Source of the DNA: Candidatus Peregrinibacteria bacterium Greene0416_19
Lineage (GTDB): Bacteria; Patescibacteriota; Gracilibacteria; Peribacterales; Peribacteraceae
Assembly (NCBI GenBank): GCA_007375735.1
Contig: VMEW01000007.1
Location: 1,494 to 65,493, forward strand
Length of the DNA stretch: 64,000 nucleotides
Direction: 5' to 3'
In this document: positions 41,579 through 51,092 of the stretch, piece by piece
Position numbering within the stretch: the first letter of the stretch is position 1
Layout of the letters: each line of letters begins with the position of its first letter
Translations under genes and position numbers: made by a program
Notes under the pieces: generated by a model
Seen by the model: the letters and a program-made list of their open reading frames with translations, nothing else
Database searches by the model: none
Told to the model about the DNA's origin: nothing

Positions 41579-42559
41579 TTAAGCGGCAATCCGACCGTTC
41601 TCAGCGTAGAACCGCATCTCCACGCCGGTGATTTGCGGAACTTTCTCCTTGATCGTCTTCGTGATCGAAAGCGCATCTTGAAACGTCCCCTTATCCACGT
41701 TCAGCAGAAAATTCGCGTGCTTCTCGCTCACTTCAATGCCTCCGATTTTCAATCCACGCAATCCTGCCGCGTCGATAAGTTTCCACGCCGGCGTGCCGTC
41801 GGGGAGCGACTTGAAGCACGATCCCGCGGTCTTGATGTGCGGCTGGGTCTCGATTCTCCTTTTGATCAATCGTTCAATCTCTGCTTGCACGTCGGTTGCC
41901 GGCTTTGAAGGGACGGTCAGTGTCACCTGCCAGATCACCGGAGGAGTTTGTAGTTGGTAGTTTGTAGTTTGTAGTGATAGGTCTTTGAACCAACTTTCTC
42001 GATAACGGAAATGACATTCATCTTTCGTGAGTGTTTTCCATTCTCCGTCGATGTATACGGTAACGGTATCGATGAAGGAACTGATCCAGATACCGCCTGC
42101 GCCGGCCGTAGCCGCATTCGTCGCGTGGGTGTGCATGGATTCTGTTCCAATCGGAGAGGCTACGATGGGCGAAGGCCGGCTGGCGCCCTGGCCGGCGTTG
42201 CCGAAGACGGCGCCGCCGACGGTGCCGGGGATGCCGGTGAGGGGAGAGAGATCCAGATCCTTTGCTGCGAGATCGTTCAGGAGCGACGCGAGAATTTTTC
42301 CCGCGCCGACGGTCACCTTGTTCTCATCGATTGTGACAGCATCATGCTTCAGCCGAACGACGAATGCTTCGATGATACCGTCTGCGAAGATAGTGTTCGA
42401 TCCGCCGCCGAGGACGATGAGCGGAATGCGTTTTTCCTTCGCAAAACGCACCGCCTCCTCCACGTCCTCCCTCGTCATGAGTTCCGCGAAGTAGCGCGCC
42501 TGTCCGCCAATGCGCATGGTGGTCTTGGGACCGACGGGAACGTTTTCCTGGAGTTGCAT
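41579..42559 (-). CDS. murB: UDP-N-acetylenolpyruvoylglucosamine reductase
   Basis: FAD-binding N-terminus (TTMRIGGQARYF, LIVLGGGSNTIF), GIPGTVGGAVFGNAG, and C-terminal AGSCFKS...AAWLID-like motifs. Two insertions are present. Confidence 0.9.
   Translation of the reverse strand: MQLQENVPVGPKTTMRIGGQARYFAELMTREDVEEAVRFAKEKRIPLIVLGGGSNTIFADGIIEAFVVRLKHDAVTIDENKVTVGAGKILASLLNDLAAKDLDLSPLTGIPGTVGGAVFGNAGQGASRPSPIVASPIGTESMHTHATNAATAGAGGIWISSFIDTVTVYIDGEWKTLTKDECHFRYRESWFKDLSLQTTNYQLQTPPVIWQVTLTVPSKPATDVQAEIERLIKRRIETQPHIKTAGSCFKSLPDGTPAWKLIDAAGLRGLKIGGIEVSEKHANFLLNVDKGTFQDALSITKTIKEKVPQITGVEMRFYAENGRIAA
41945..41972. repeat. Tandem heptamer array AGTTTGT AGTTGGT AGTTTGT AGTTTGT inside murB
   Basis: Read directly from the sequence. 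Translated on the minus strand as LQTTNYQLQT. Confidence 0.8.
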
Positions 42560-42563
42560 CGTC

Positions 42564-43259
42564 TCAGTGAATGACGAGGGATGAGAGGGCCTGCCTCACG
42601 AGCGGCAATTCAACGTCGCATGCGGATTGGAACACGTAGTTGTGCTTTGTACCGATAACCTCGAAGAACGTAGCTTCACAGAAACCGCCTTCGCCATACT
42701 CTACGACGGTATTGCCATTGATAGTGCGTACTTCTGGTCCTGTCCCCAACGTCGTGCCGAATTCTCTCTTTTCCTCCTCCCGGTTCCTGCGAACGGTATC
42801 CACAACCTGCTGCTTGGTACGCGCGTCCCGTATTTCCACAAAACCGAAGCGCGCCGCGCCGCCGCCCTCAAAGATATCTGCCGGTCCGAATTCTATTCCC
42901 CGTTGTGAACTGCTGTACGGCTCCAGTTGGCATGCGGTACTCCCCCAAGCGGGATTGTAGGGAACGGAGAATGACAGTTCCGGATGTTCGAATGCGACAG
43001 TCGTTGTTGGCTCTCCGCGCTGCCATTTTGCTTCGATGTTATAGAAATCTTCATTGGTGCATGCACGCCGCGACATAAGGATAGGAGCACTACTCGCACT
43101 GCTGTACGCGATCTGCGTTATTGCCGTGCTACTACTTGAACTCTGTACTGAGACCTGCAGGGGTTCCACCTGTATGTGTTGCACTTGCTCAGTCGGCTGG
43201 CACGCCGTGACTGCAACGATGGTGAATGCGGCTCCGGAGAGAATCGTCAGTGATCGCAT
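42564..43259 (-). CDS. Lipoprotein, function unknown (231 aa from MRSLTIL)
   Basis: MRSLTILSGAAFTIVAVTAC matches a lipobox. Alternative starts are at 43286 and 43295. The longer track ORF overlaps gltX. Confidence 0.6.
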   Translation of the reverse strand: MRSLTILSGAAFTIVAVTACQPTEQVQHIQVEPLQVSVQSSSSSTAITQIAYSSASSAPILMSRRACTNEDFYNIEAKWQRGEPTTTVAFEHPELSFSVPYNPAWGSTACQLEPYSSSQRGIEFGPADIFEGGGAARFGFVEIRDARTKQQVVDTVRRNREEEKREFGTTLGTGPEVRTINGNTVVEYGEGGFCEATFFEVIGTKHNYVFQSACDVELPLVRQALSSLVIH

Positions 43260-43306
43260 AAGTATCAAGTGTCTATCGAATATCATATACCACATGCCGT
43301 ATCCGA

Positions 43307-44791
43307 TCAGGACAACGCACTCACAATCTCCCGCGCCCGTTTCAGGCGTGCCAGTGTTTTCTCCCTTTCCAGTGCTGCCGCCACCTCCACCGCCCCGGGA
43401 CTGTACGGAAGCCCCGTGAGCGCGGAGCGCAGCGGCCACAGAAGCTGGCCGAGTTTCCAGGTTCCTTTGGCAACTTCACCCTTTACGTCTGTGAGCAGCC
43501 GCTCAGGTGTCCAGTCTTTTTCCGGAATCACCTCCAGGATACCGAGGAGTGTTGTGAGAATTGTCGGCAGCTCCTCCGGTTTCACTTTCTGTTTCTCGTT
43601 CGCGAGCAGTTCCGTCGTGATGCCCGGCTCTTCATAGAAGTACCCCAGCATCGCCGATGCCTCGTGGAAGAACGTGATGCGCTCGTGGATGAGCGATGCT
43701 TTCTGTTCGAAGTCGGCGTCGTGCAGCGCGGTCGGGTATTCTTTCCCGACGATCGGGCGGATGCGCTCGGCGAAATCGGTGACGGGGATCTTCCGGATCC
43801 ACTGTCCCTGCAACCAATCGAGTTTCTCCAGATCGAACACGGCGCCGCTCTTCTGGACACGGTCAAGCGAGAACTGTTCAACCAGCTCCGGCAGTGAAAA
43901 AGTTTCCTGCGTGGTGCCGGGGTTCCAACCGAGCATCGCCAGGAAGTTCAGCAGCACCTCCGGCAAGTATCCTTTGGCAATGTATTCCTCCACCGATACG
44001 GCGTTCTGCCGCTTGCTCAGCTTGGTCCGGTCTTTGTTGAGGAGCAGCGGGACGTGCGCGAAGCGCGGAGCCTTCCAATCCAGGTATTCAAAGAGAAGCA
44101 GATGCTTGGGAAGGCTGCTCAGCCATTCCTCGCCGCGGAGGACCAGATCGATGTCCATGAAGTGATCGTCGATCACGTGGGCCAGGTGGTACGTCGGGAA
44201 CCCGTCGCTCTTGAGGAGCACCTGATCGTCGACGGTATGACCCTGAAACGTCATGGTGCCGCGGATGTCATCGTCGAACCGGATGGTCCGCTCGTGCGGC
44301 ACTTTCAGGCGGATGACATGGGAGGTACCCGCCTCGATGAGCCTCTTCACGTCGTTCTCCGGCAGATGAAGGCACTGACGGTCGTACATCGGCGCCTGCT
44401 TGCGCGCTTCCTGCTGCCTGCGCATTTCTTCCAGACGTTCAGTCGTGCAGAAGCAACGGTACGCGTGACCGCTTGCGAGCAGCTGTTCCGCATGTTCGCG
44501 ATAGATCCCCGTCGCTTGCCGACGTGACTGGATGTACGGGCCCTTCGAACCCCGCTCGATCACCAGACCATCCTCCATCATCACTCCCTCATCCGGACTG
44601 ATTCCCGCCCACGCGAGCGACCGGACGATGCTCTCGACGGCGCCCTCCACCGTCCGCTCCTGATCGGTATCCTCGATCCGCAGGAGGAACTGCCCGCCGG
44701 TCTGTTTCGCAAGCAGATATGAGTAAAGCGCGGTCCGGAGTCCTCCCACGTGGAGGAAGCCTGTTGGGGATGGGGCGAAGCGCGTCCGCAT
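43307..44791 (-). CDS. gltX: Glutamate--tRNA ligase
   Basis: RTRFAPSPTGFLHVGGLRTALYSY (HIGH-type motif) and KLSKRQ (KMSKS-type motif). Confidence 0.95.
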   Translation of the reverse strand: MRTRFAPSPTGFLHVGGLRTALYSYLLAKQTGGQFLLRIEDTDQERTVEGAVESIVRSLAWAGISPDEGVMMEDGLVIERGSKGPYIQSRRQATGIYREHAEQLLASGHAYRCFCTTERLEEMRRQQEARKQAPMYDRQCLHLPENDVKRLIEAGTSHVIRLKVPHERTIRFDDDIRGTMTFQGHTVDDQVLLKSDGFPTYHLAHVIDDHFMDIDLVLRGEEWLSSLPKHLLLFEYLDWKAPRFAHVPLLLNKDRTKLSKRQNAVSVEEYIAKGYLPEVLLNFLAMLGWNPGTTQETFSLPELVEQFSLDRVQKSGAVFDLEKLDWLQGQWIRKIPVTDFAERIRPIVGKEYPTALHDADFEQKASLIHERITFFHEASAMLGYFYEEPGITTELLANEKQKVKPEELPTILTTLLGILEVIPEKDWTPERLLTDVKGEVAKGTWKLGQLLWPLRSALTGLPYSPGAVEVAAALEREKTLARLKRAREIVSALS

Positions 44792-44874
44792 GTCCCGATC
44801 ATATCATGCAGCCGGGATTCGGTATCCCGGCAACTTGGAAAACATTGCAATGCAATGCGGGCTTGCGCCCGCGC

Positions 44875-44898
44875 CGGGATTACGAATCCCGGCTGCGG
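44875..44898. repeat. Dispersed hairpin repeat CGGGATTACGAATCCCGGCTGCGG (copy 2)
   Basis: 23 of 24 nt identical to 19707-19730. A related hairpin CCGGGATTCGGTATCCCGG lies at 44812-44830. Confidence 0.7.
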
Positions 44899-44920
44899 CG
44901 AATCGCTGATCCGGAACGGA

Positions 44921-45694
44921 TCAACTCTTCACTTCCACCGTGTACGTCACTGGCTCCGTCGGCTTGTCGCTGGCGTCGCGGGGCAGCTTGGAAATCGTAT
45001 CGATCACGTCCATACCTTTCGACACGTTGCCGAACACGGTGTGCTTCGCCTCCAGCCACGGCGTCTTCTCGGCCGTAATGATGAAGAACTGACTGCCGTT
45101 CGTATTGGGTCCGCGGTTTGCCATGACGATGGCGCCGCGCTTCATTGGGAGCGAGCGGAGTTGATCGTTGTAGCGGTACCCCAGCTTCTCGTAGTACTGC
45201 TTGATCGTCAGGTTCGCGATGTCGGCCGGCACCTCCTGGCCCTTGGCCAGATTCTTGATCACCTTTCCCTGCAGGCCGTAGCTGTTCGCATTCACTTCAT
45301 CCTCGAACGTATCACCGTAGACGCTCACGCCGCCGGTGCCGTTGCCGTTGGGATCGCCGCCCTGGACCATGAAGTTCTCGATGATGCGGTGGAACATCTG
45401 CCCGTTGTAGTAGCCGTTCGTGGCAAGTGTCACGAAGTTGGTGACGGTCTTGGGCGCGGCATCCGCGTTCAGCTCCAGCGTCACATCCCCTTTCGAGGTG
45501 CGCAGTAGGACGGTGTGGACACCGGAAAGAAGCTTGCCGTCCCATTTAAAATTGAGAGGGGCAGCAGGTGCCCCCGGTCCGCCGCCGGTCGTCTCCTGGC
45601 CGGTTGGCGGAGAAACGACTGTCGGTTTGGGTGAGAAGCGGCTGCAGCTCACGAGCAGAAAGGCAAGAGCGAAGAGGGGAATGATGAACTTCAT
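44921..45694 (-). CDS. Peptidyl-prolyl cis-trans isomerase, cyclophilin type, lipoprotein
   Basis: MKFIIPLFALAFLLVSC lipobox, plus FHRIIENFMVQGGDPNGNGTGG and the FFIT motif. Confidence 0.9.
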   Translation of the reverse strand: MKFIIPLFALAFLLVSCSRFSPKPTVVSPPTGQETTGGGPGAPAAPLNFKWDGKLLSGVHTVLLRTSKGDVTLELNADAAPKTVTNFVTLATNGYYNGQMFHRIIENFMVQGGDPNGNGTGGVSVYGDTFEDEVNANSYGLQGKVIKNLAKGQEVPADIANLTIKQYYEKLGYRYNDQLRSLPMKRGAIVMANRGPNTNGSQFFIITAEKTPWLEAKHTVFGNVSKGMDVIDTISKLPRDASDKPTEPVTYTVEVKS

Positions 45695-45785
45695 AGCGGA
45701 AGAAAGCCTACTCAGCAGGCAGCGTTGTAGCAAGGCATGAGAACACTTTGTGAGGGGTTTGCCTAGCACCGTTCGACAGGAGTTG

Positions 45786-46850
45786 TCACGTCACTCCCGG
45801 CTGAGGCGTCTGCCCATTCCCAACTGCAACGACAATAGTCGCAATATTTTTCGCCGCATCCGGTTGGAAGAATTCTCCGATGTGTTTCGAGAGGTCCGCT
45901 CGCTTTGTTTCATCGGCGATGAGAGCGTTGATCGTCGGCACAAGCGTCGTATCGAGCGATTCCTCTGCAAGCAGGACGCAGGCATTCTTCCGCGCCACCG
46001 CCTCCGCGTTCCACTGCTGGTGATCGTGCGCCACGCCGCGGATGGGAACCAGAACATTCGGGATGCCATTCGCGGCGAGCTCGCTGATGAAGCCAGCGCC
46101 GGCGCGGCTCACCGCGAGCGTCACAAGCGCGTACACATCGGGCAGTTCATTGTGGACGAATGGTCGTGCCCAGTATCCTTTGCGCTCGACACCAGTCTCC
46201 TTACCCGGGCCGGTCAGATGGACGATATCGCCTATCGCGAGAAGTTCATCCAGCCGGCGTGCGATCACCTCATTGATTGCCCGTGCCCCCTGGCTGCCGC
46301 CCAGGACAAGCAAGATCGGGCGATCACCCGTCAAGCCTGTCAACCTTAGCCCCTTCTCTCTTGACCCCTCTGTGATGTGCCGACGTATGGGATTGCCTGT
46401 GAAAACGGACAGAGGGGATCGGACAGAGGGAATGGGGAATCCCCTGCAGACGACATCTGCCCATCGCGCCACCAGCCGGTTCGCCCTCCCGCTCACCGCG
46501 TCGGATTCGTGCAGCACGATCGGGATGTGCATCCGGTGTGCGGCGTAGCACACGGGGGCACTCACGGCGCCGCCCTTGCTGAAGATGACATCGGGTTGGA
46601 AGCCGCTCAGGATGTCCTGCGCCTTCTTCATCGCGCGCAGGAATGTCACGGGCAGCGAGAGCGACAGGTGAACGACGGGGATCTGCGCGTAGGGGAGACC
46701 GGCTGCGCGGAGCATGTCCGCATCCGACTCTTTCTGCGAACAGACCGCGAGCGCTTGCGCCTGCGGTTCCATTCTCCTGAGCGCCTCCCATACGGCGACG
46801 AGCGGGTAGATGTGACCGCCGGAGCTGCCGCCGACGAGAAGGATTCTCAT
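45786..46850 (-). CDS. murG: Undecaprenyldiphospho-muramoylpentapeptide beta-N-acetylglucosaminyltransferase
   Basis: MRILLVGGSSGGHIYPLVAV, and a C-terminal SRAGAG...E motif. Confidence 0.95.
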   Translation of the reverse strand: MRILLVGGSSGGHIYPLVAVWEALRRMEPQAQALAVCSQKESDADMLRAAGLPYAQIPVVHLSLSLPVTFLRAMKKAQDILSGFQPDVIFSKGGAVSAPVCYAAHRMHIPIVLHESDAVSGRANRLVARWADVVCRGFPIPSVRSPLSVFTGNPIRRHITEGSREKGLRLTGLTGDRPILLVLGGSQGARAINEVIARRLDELLAIGDIVHLTGPGKETGVERKGYWARPFVHNELPDVYALVTLAVSRAGAGFISELAANGIPNVLVPIRGVAHDHQQWNAEAVARKNACVLLAEESLDTTLVPTINALIADETKRADLSKHIGEFFQPDAAKNIATIVVAVGNGQTPQPGVT

Positions 46851-46930
46851 GAGGACTCAGAGGATACAGAAGATTCAGACGACTCAGAAGAATAACGCTT
46901 CTGCATCCTCAAGCGCCTTCTGAGTCCTCA
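46851..46930. repeat. 9-nt-periodic palindromic repeat, intergenic copy (murG/ftsW)
   Basis: GGACTCAGA GGATACAGA AGATTCAGA CGACTCAGA AG ... CTTCTGAGTCCTC. Confidence 0.7.
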
Positions 46931-46936
46931 GTTTTC

Positions 46937-48115
46937 TCAGGCATTCGATAAAAACCATTTCCCCACTCGCTTGGACGTGGAGCGCCGAGCGAGGCTCGCC
47001 TCCTCGGTCGAACGCATCGAAATATTCAAGAGGACGCCCACCCCGCACAGGACCGAGAGCAGCGACGATCCGCCGTAGCTGATGAACGGGAGCGTGAGAC
47101 CGGTGATCGGGAACAGTCCGACATTCACTGCGATGTTGACGATGGTCTGGACAGCGATCCAAGTGGTGATGCCCGTCGCCACCAGGAAACCGAAGCGGTC
47201 CGGCGCGTGTTGAGCCACGCGGTACCCGCGGAGCACCAGAATGACATACATGAGTAAGATGATGAGGAGGCGGATGAAGCCCAATTCTTCAGCCATCGCC
47301 GAAAAGATCATGTCCGATTGCACTTCCGGCAGGTACCCGAATTTCTGGATGGATTTGCCGTACCCCACACCGAAGAATCCACCGCTCCCAATGGCAATGA
47401 GCGCCTGTTTGATCTGGAACCCGATGTCTTCGGCGATCTTCGGATCATCCGGCCGCAGGAACGCAATGAAGCGTTTCTGGATGTATTCCTTCTGCAAAAT
47501 AATTGGCAGACCCACCAACGCTGCCGCCGTAGCGCCCATGAATAAATGGGTGATGCTGCCCCCGGCGATGAAGAACATGACGCCGCCGACGACGCACAGA
47601 ATAAGGAACGATCCCAGATCCGGCTCGATGGCGATCAAGAACGTGCTGACGATGAGCAGAATCGCGAAGGGCAGGAATCCTTCCTTCCATGTTCCAATCA
47701 GCTGCTCGCGCTTTTGCAGCCAGACGGACAGGTAGAAGATGAACGCGAGCTTGAAGAATTCGGAGGGTTGGATGGAGAAGGGGCCGACGCGGAGCCAGCT
47801 GCGGGAAGTGCCCCATCCTGCGTTAATCCCCGGCAGCAGTGCGGCAATGAGCAGGACGATGCAGGCGATGTACAAGAACCGCGCGTGCCGTTCCCAGAAA
47901 TGATACGGTATCACCGTCATCAGCATCATGCCGACGATTCCGACGATCACATGGATGAACGTGCGCCATAAGTAAAAGGAATTGCTCCCCTGACCGGTCA
48001 GGTGCTGCGTCAGCTGATAACTCTCGAACACGCTCACGCTGGCGATCATGGCCAAGCCGAAGAACGTGAGCACCACCGCGACGCCGAGGAGCAGCAGGTC
48101 CATCCGACGGAACAT
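46937..48115 (-). CDS. ftsW: FtsW/RodA/SpoVE-family peptidoglycan glycosyltransferase
   Basis: Polytopic membrane protein with EFFKLAFIFYL, PDLGSFL, the QSDMIFSAMAEELG-type motif and PFISYGGSS. The start was trimmed to MFRRMDLLLLG. Confidence 0.9.
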   Translation of the reverse strand: MFRRMDLLLLGVAVVLTFFGLAMIASVSVFESYQLTQHLTGQGSNSFYLWRTFIHVIVGIVGMMLMTVIPYHFWERHARFLYIACIVLLIAALLPGINAGWGTSRSWLRVGPFSIQPSEFFKLAFIFYLSVWLQKREQLIGTWKEGFLPFAILLIVSTFLIAIEPDLGSFLILCVVGGVMFFIAGGSITHLFMGATAAALVGLPIILQKEYIQKRFIAFLRPDDPKIAEDIGFQIKQALIAIGSGGFFGVGYGKSIQKFGYLPEVQSDMIFSAMAEELGFIRLLIILLMYVILVLRGYRVAQHAPDRFGFLVATGITTWIAVQTIVNIAVNVGLFPITGLTLPFISYGGSSLLSVLCGVGVLLNISMRSTEEASLARRSTSKRVGKWFLSNA

Positions 48116-48155
48116 GGAGTGAGTATAGAGAAGAATGTAGAATGAGAAGTAAAGA

Positions 48156-48593
48156 ATGATGTTCATGTTCGTCGCCGCCATCGTCAGCTTCGTTTCCAGC
48201 ATGGCTCTGGCGGTTGTTGTCGACCGCACTCTCGATCATCGCATCCCCGTGTTCGGCTCATTCGCCGGCTTCGAACGCGCATACAATTCCGGCATTGCCT
48301 TCAGCATCATGCTCCCGCACGGACTCCAGACCGTGCTCATCATCGCGGCATTGCTCCTGGTGATGTTCCTCGCAGTCCGTTCCGCTCGGACCACCGTGCA
48401 GCAAGCCGGCTTCGGGCTCATCATCGGCGGAGCACTCGGCAACATCGCCGACCGGCTCCCGGACGGGTTCGTGACTGATTACATGCAGGTGGGAACGTTC
48501 CCGGTGTTCAATCTGGCAGATAGTTGCATTACTGTTGGGGTAGGATTGTTGCTCATTGGCATGTTGTTGGATTGGCGTCAGAAGAGGAAATAA
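48156..48593 (+). CDS. lspA: Lipoprotein signal peptidase II
   Basis: YNSGIAFS, GGALGNIADR and VFNLADSCITVG motifs. Confidence 0.9.
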   Translation: MMFMFVAAIVSFVSSMALAVVVDRTLDHRIPVFGSFAGFERAYNSGIAFSIMLPHGLQTVLIIAALLLVMFLAVRSARTTVQQAGFGLIIGGALGNIADRLPDGFVTDYMQVGTFPVFNLADSCITVGVGLLLIGMLLDWRQKRK

Positions 48594-48643
48594 CGAATGA
48601 ATCCGTGCCTGCACCATAAAATGCGGTACACTACCCCCCCCGT

Positions 48644-49915
48644 ATGGACATAACCTATCGCATCCGCGGCGGCATTCCGCTCAAGGGTGATATCGCCATC
48701 GGCGGATCCAAGAATGCGGCGCTCCCGCTGATCGCGGGGAGTATTCTGGCACAAGGCGAGACAGTCCTCACGAATGTGCCACGGTTGAGGGATACCATCG
48801 CCATGGTGAAGATCCTGGATTTTTTGGGTGCGGAAACCAGCTTTGAAGGGACGACGGTCCGCATTCGCGCGGAGAGAATCCGCAGCCAGCCGATCCCCGC
48901 CGAGTACGTGTCGATGCTCCGCGGTTCCATTGTGCTGCTGGGTCCGCTGCTCGCGCGGTTCGGCGTAGTGGAGATGTCCTATCCCGGTGGATGCGTGCTC
49001 GGCAAGCGCCCGATACTGGCGCACGTGGAGGCGTTCAGGCAGATGGGTGCGGAAGACATGAGCACCGACGATGTCCTGCACTTGCAGGGTGACTTGCAGC
49101 CCGGGCACGTCATTCTTCCAGAGTTCTCGGTGACGGCGACGGAGAACGTCATCCTCGCCGCGTCCGTTCTTCCTGGCGACACATGCATCCATCTGGCTGC
49201 CGCTGAACCCCATGTGCAAGACGTGGAAAAGTTCGTGGTGGAGATGGGGGCCGAGGTGATCGGCGCCGGCGGCCACACCGTCACGGTCCGCGGCAGCCGG
49301 GTGCTTCGCGGGGTCACACACGACGTGATTTCGGACTACCTGGAGGCCGGCGCATTGGTGCTCGCCGCGCTTGTGACGCGCGGCAAGGTGCGCCTGCACG
49401 GCATCGATCGTATGCACCTCCTCTCCTTCCTGGATGCCCTGCGGCGGAGCGGATGCGTGTGGAAGTATGACGAGGCCAGACAGGAGCTCTTCATCGACGG
49501 CGAGCTCTCCTCGCTTGCGTCCATGAACATCCGCACCAACATCTTCCCCGGCTTCCCCACAGACCTGCAAGCGCCGATGGGCGTGGCCATGACGCAGGCC
49601 AAGGGCGTCAGCCGCATGTTCGAACGCCTGTACGAGGGACGGATGGCGTACCTCTACGAGCTCGAGAAGATGGGTGCGCACGTGGAGGTGCTCAACGCCC
49701 ACCAGGCGCTCATCATCGGCCCGACCCCGCTCAAGGGTCGCATCGTTGCCAGCAACGACATCCGCGCCGGCGCGGCCATGGTGCTTGCCGCACTCTGCGC
49801 CGACGGCGAGACGACGATCACGGATGTCCGCTACATCGAGCGGGGGTACGACCGGCTGGACGAGAAGCTGAGGAGCCTGGGCGCAAAAATTGAAAGAATG
49901 GAAATACCTTCATAA
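48644..49915 (+). CDS. murA: UDP-N-acetylglucosamine 1-carboxyvinyltransferase
   Basis: GGSKNAALPLIAGSIL, active-site PGGCVLGKRPI, FPGFPTDLQAPM. Confidence 0.95.
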   Translation: MDITYRIRGGIPLKGDIAIGGSKNAALPLIAGSILAQGETVLTNVPRLRDTIAMVKILDFLGAETSFEGTTVRIRAERIRSQPIPAEYVSMLRGSIVLLGPLLARFGVVEMSYPGGCVLGKRPILAHVEAFRQMGAEDMSTDDVLHLQGDLQPGHVILPEFSVTATENVILAASVLPGDTCIHLAAAEPHVQDVEKFVVEMGAEVIGAGGHTVTVRGSRVLRGVTHDVISDYLEAGALVLAALVTRGKVRLHGIDRMHLLSFLDALRRSGCVWKYDEARQELFIDGELSSLASMNIRTNIFPGFPTDLQAPMGVAMTQAKGVSRMFERLYEGRMAYLYELEKMGAHVEVLNAHQALIIGPTPLKGRIVASNDIRAGAAMVLAALCADGETTITDVRYIERGYDRLDEKLRSLGAKIERMEIPS

Positions 49916-49937
49916 TTCAATTAGTATCAAATTCCTC

Positions 49938-50474
49938 ATGCTCACCTTCACCTCCCTCGGCGGCTCCTCCATTCGCGTCACCGGCGCAGGAAAGATCGTC
50001 ATTGTGTTTCCGACGGAGGGCATGAAGATGCCGGATCGTGATTTCATCGCGCTCCTGCCGGTGCCGCAGGAATCTCCGACCGTGCACCTCATCTCCTGGC
50101 CGGGCGAGTACAACGAAGCGGGGATTTCCATCAAGGGAGTGGGACATGTGGAGGGTCAGCAGGTCTCGTACGTCCTGCAAGCCGAGAATCTCACCATTGC
50201 GTTCCTCTCCCGTCCGCTCCAGGACTGGTCAGACAAACAACTGGAGATGGTCGGGGACATCGACGTGCTCGTCATCCCCGCGTTCGACGCCAAGCTGGTA
50301 CAGAAGCTCGTCGATGAATTCGACCCGCGGGTCCTCGTCCTCACCGTTTCCGACGGCGCGGAATCGGAAGCGGTCCTCAAGCAGATCGGCGCTCATGGCG
50401 AACGGGTGGATGAGTACAAATTGAAAGGCAGCCTGCCGGCGGAGGGGCGGGAGACGGTGGTGTTGGTGAAATGA
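49938..50474 (+). CDS. Hypothetical protein (178 aa), possibly a degenerate beta-lactamase-fold protein
   Basis: Start MLTFTSLGGSSIRV. No HxHxDH motif is visible, so no function is claimed. Confidence 0.55.
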   Translation: MLTFTSLGGSSIRVTGAGKIVIVFPTEGMKMPDRDFIALLPVPQESPTVHLISWPGEYNEAGISIKGVGHVEGQQVSYVLQAENLTIAFLSRPLQDWSDKQLEMVGDIDVLVIPAFDAKLVQKLVDEFDPRVLVLTVSDGAESEAVLKQIGAHGERVDEYKLKGSLPAEGRETVVLVK

Positions 50475-51013
50475 CTGTAGAATCAAAGGCAATCATGCAA
50501 CTCGTCCCGCCATCGATGGACTATGAAGAAACGTTTCAATCCGCTCTCAATGAGATGCGGCAAGTTGGAAGTATGGGAATAGGAGATTGGGCCGAGATCG
50601 GTTCACCCAAGAATGTCGTCGAGTACATTCGCGTACGCCAGGATCATTCTGAAGGACGAAATTTGCCGCGAGGTTGGATTCCGGCGACCACCTACTGGCT
50701 CGTCGATGAAGGGGCATTCATCGGCGAGACGACAATCCGTCACGAACTCACAGAACATCTGCGGAACGTCGGCGGGCAGATTGGCTACTGGATTCGACCT
50801 GTAAAACGCCATCAAGGCTACGGTCGCCAGATCCTGCGGCTTGCTTTGCAGAAAGCGAAAGAATTAAGGTTAGAAAAAATCATCATCACATGCGATGCAA
50901 CCAACATCGGTTCCAGAAAAATTATTGAATCCAATGGCGGCGTCTTCGAGAGAGAGCAAGATATGGGGCCACAGAACCCGAAAAAGCTGTTGTTCTGGAT
51001 TACAATCCAATAG
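50471..51013 (+). CDS. GNAT-family N-acetyltransferase
   Basis: IGYWIRPVKRHQGYGRQILRLALQKAKELRLEKIIITCDATNIGSRKIIESNGGVFE is an acetyl-CoA-binding motif A. The start overlaps the upstream stop as ATGA. Confidence 0.85.
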   Translation: MTVESKAIMQLVPPSMDYEETFQSALNEMRQVGSMGIGDWAEIGSPKNVVEYIRVRQDHSEGRNLPRGWIPATTYWLVDEGAFIGETTIRHELTEHLRNVGGQIGYWIRPVKRHQGYGRQILRLALQKAKELRLEKIIITCDATNIGSRKIIESNGGVFEREQDMGPQNPKKLLFWITIQ

Positions 51014-51034
51014 CTGCTGCTCTGCCCGAAGCGC

Positions 51035-51071
51035 TTGTGCAATAAAATAAATTGGAGTACAATTGGAGTAC
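51035..51071 (+). promoter_or_regulatory. Promoter plus direct-repeat operator of the second DinJ-YafQ module
   Basis: TTGTGC (51035-51040), 17-nt spacer, TACAAT (51058-51063). The direct repeats ATTGGAGTAC at 51051-51060 and 51062-51071 straddle the -10. Confidence 0.5.
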
Positions 51072-51092
51072 TTTTGTCACTTCCTTTCAGCT

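Noticed and set aside
41361-41582. 73-aa plus-strand ORF between ssb and murB
   Set aside because: It is short, has no motifs, and its 3' end overlaps the murB stop. It could be real, but nothing in the sequence supports it beyond being open.
41945-41972. Phase-variable switching of murB through the heptamer array
   Set aside because: murB is an essential single-copy peptidoglycan gene and the units are imperfect, which reduces slippage. On/off switching is implausible without read-level evidence.
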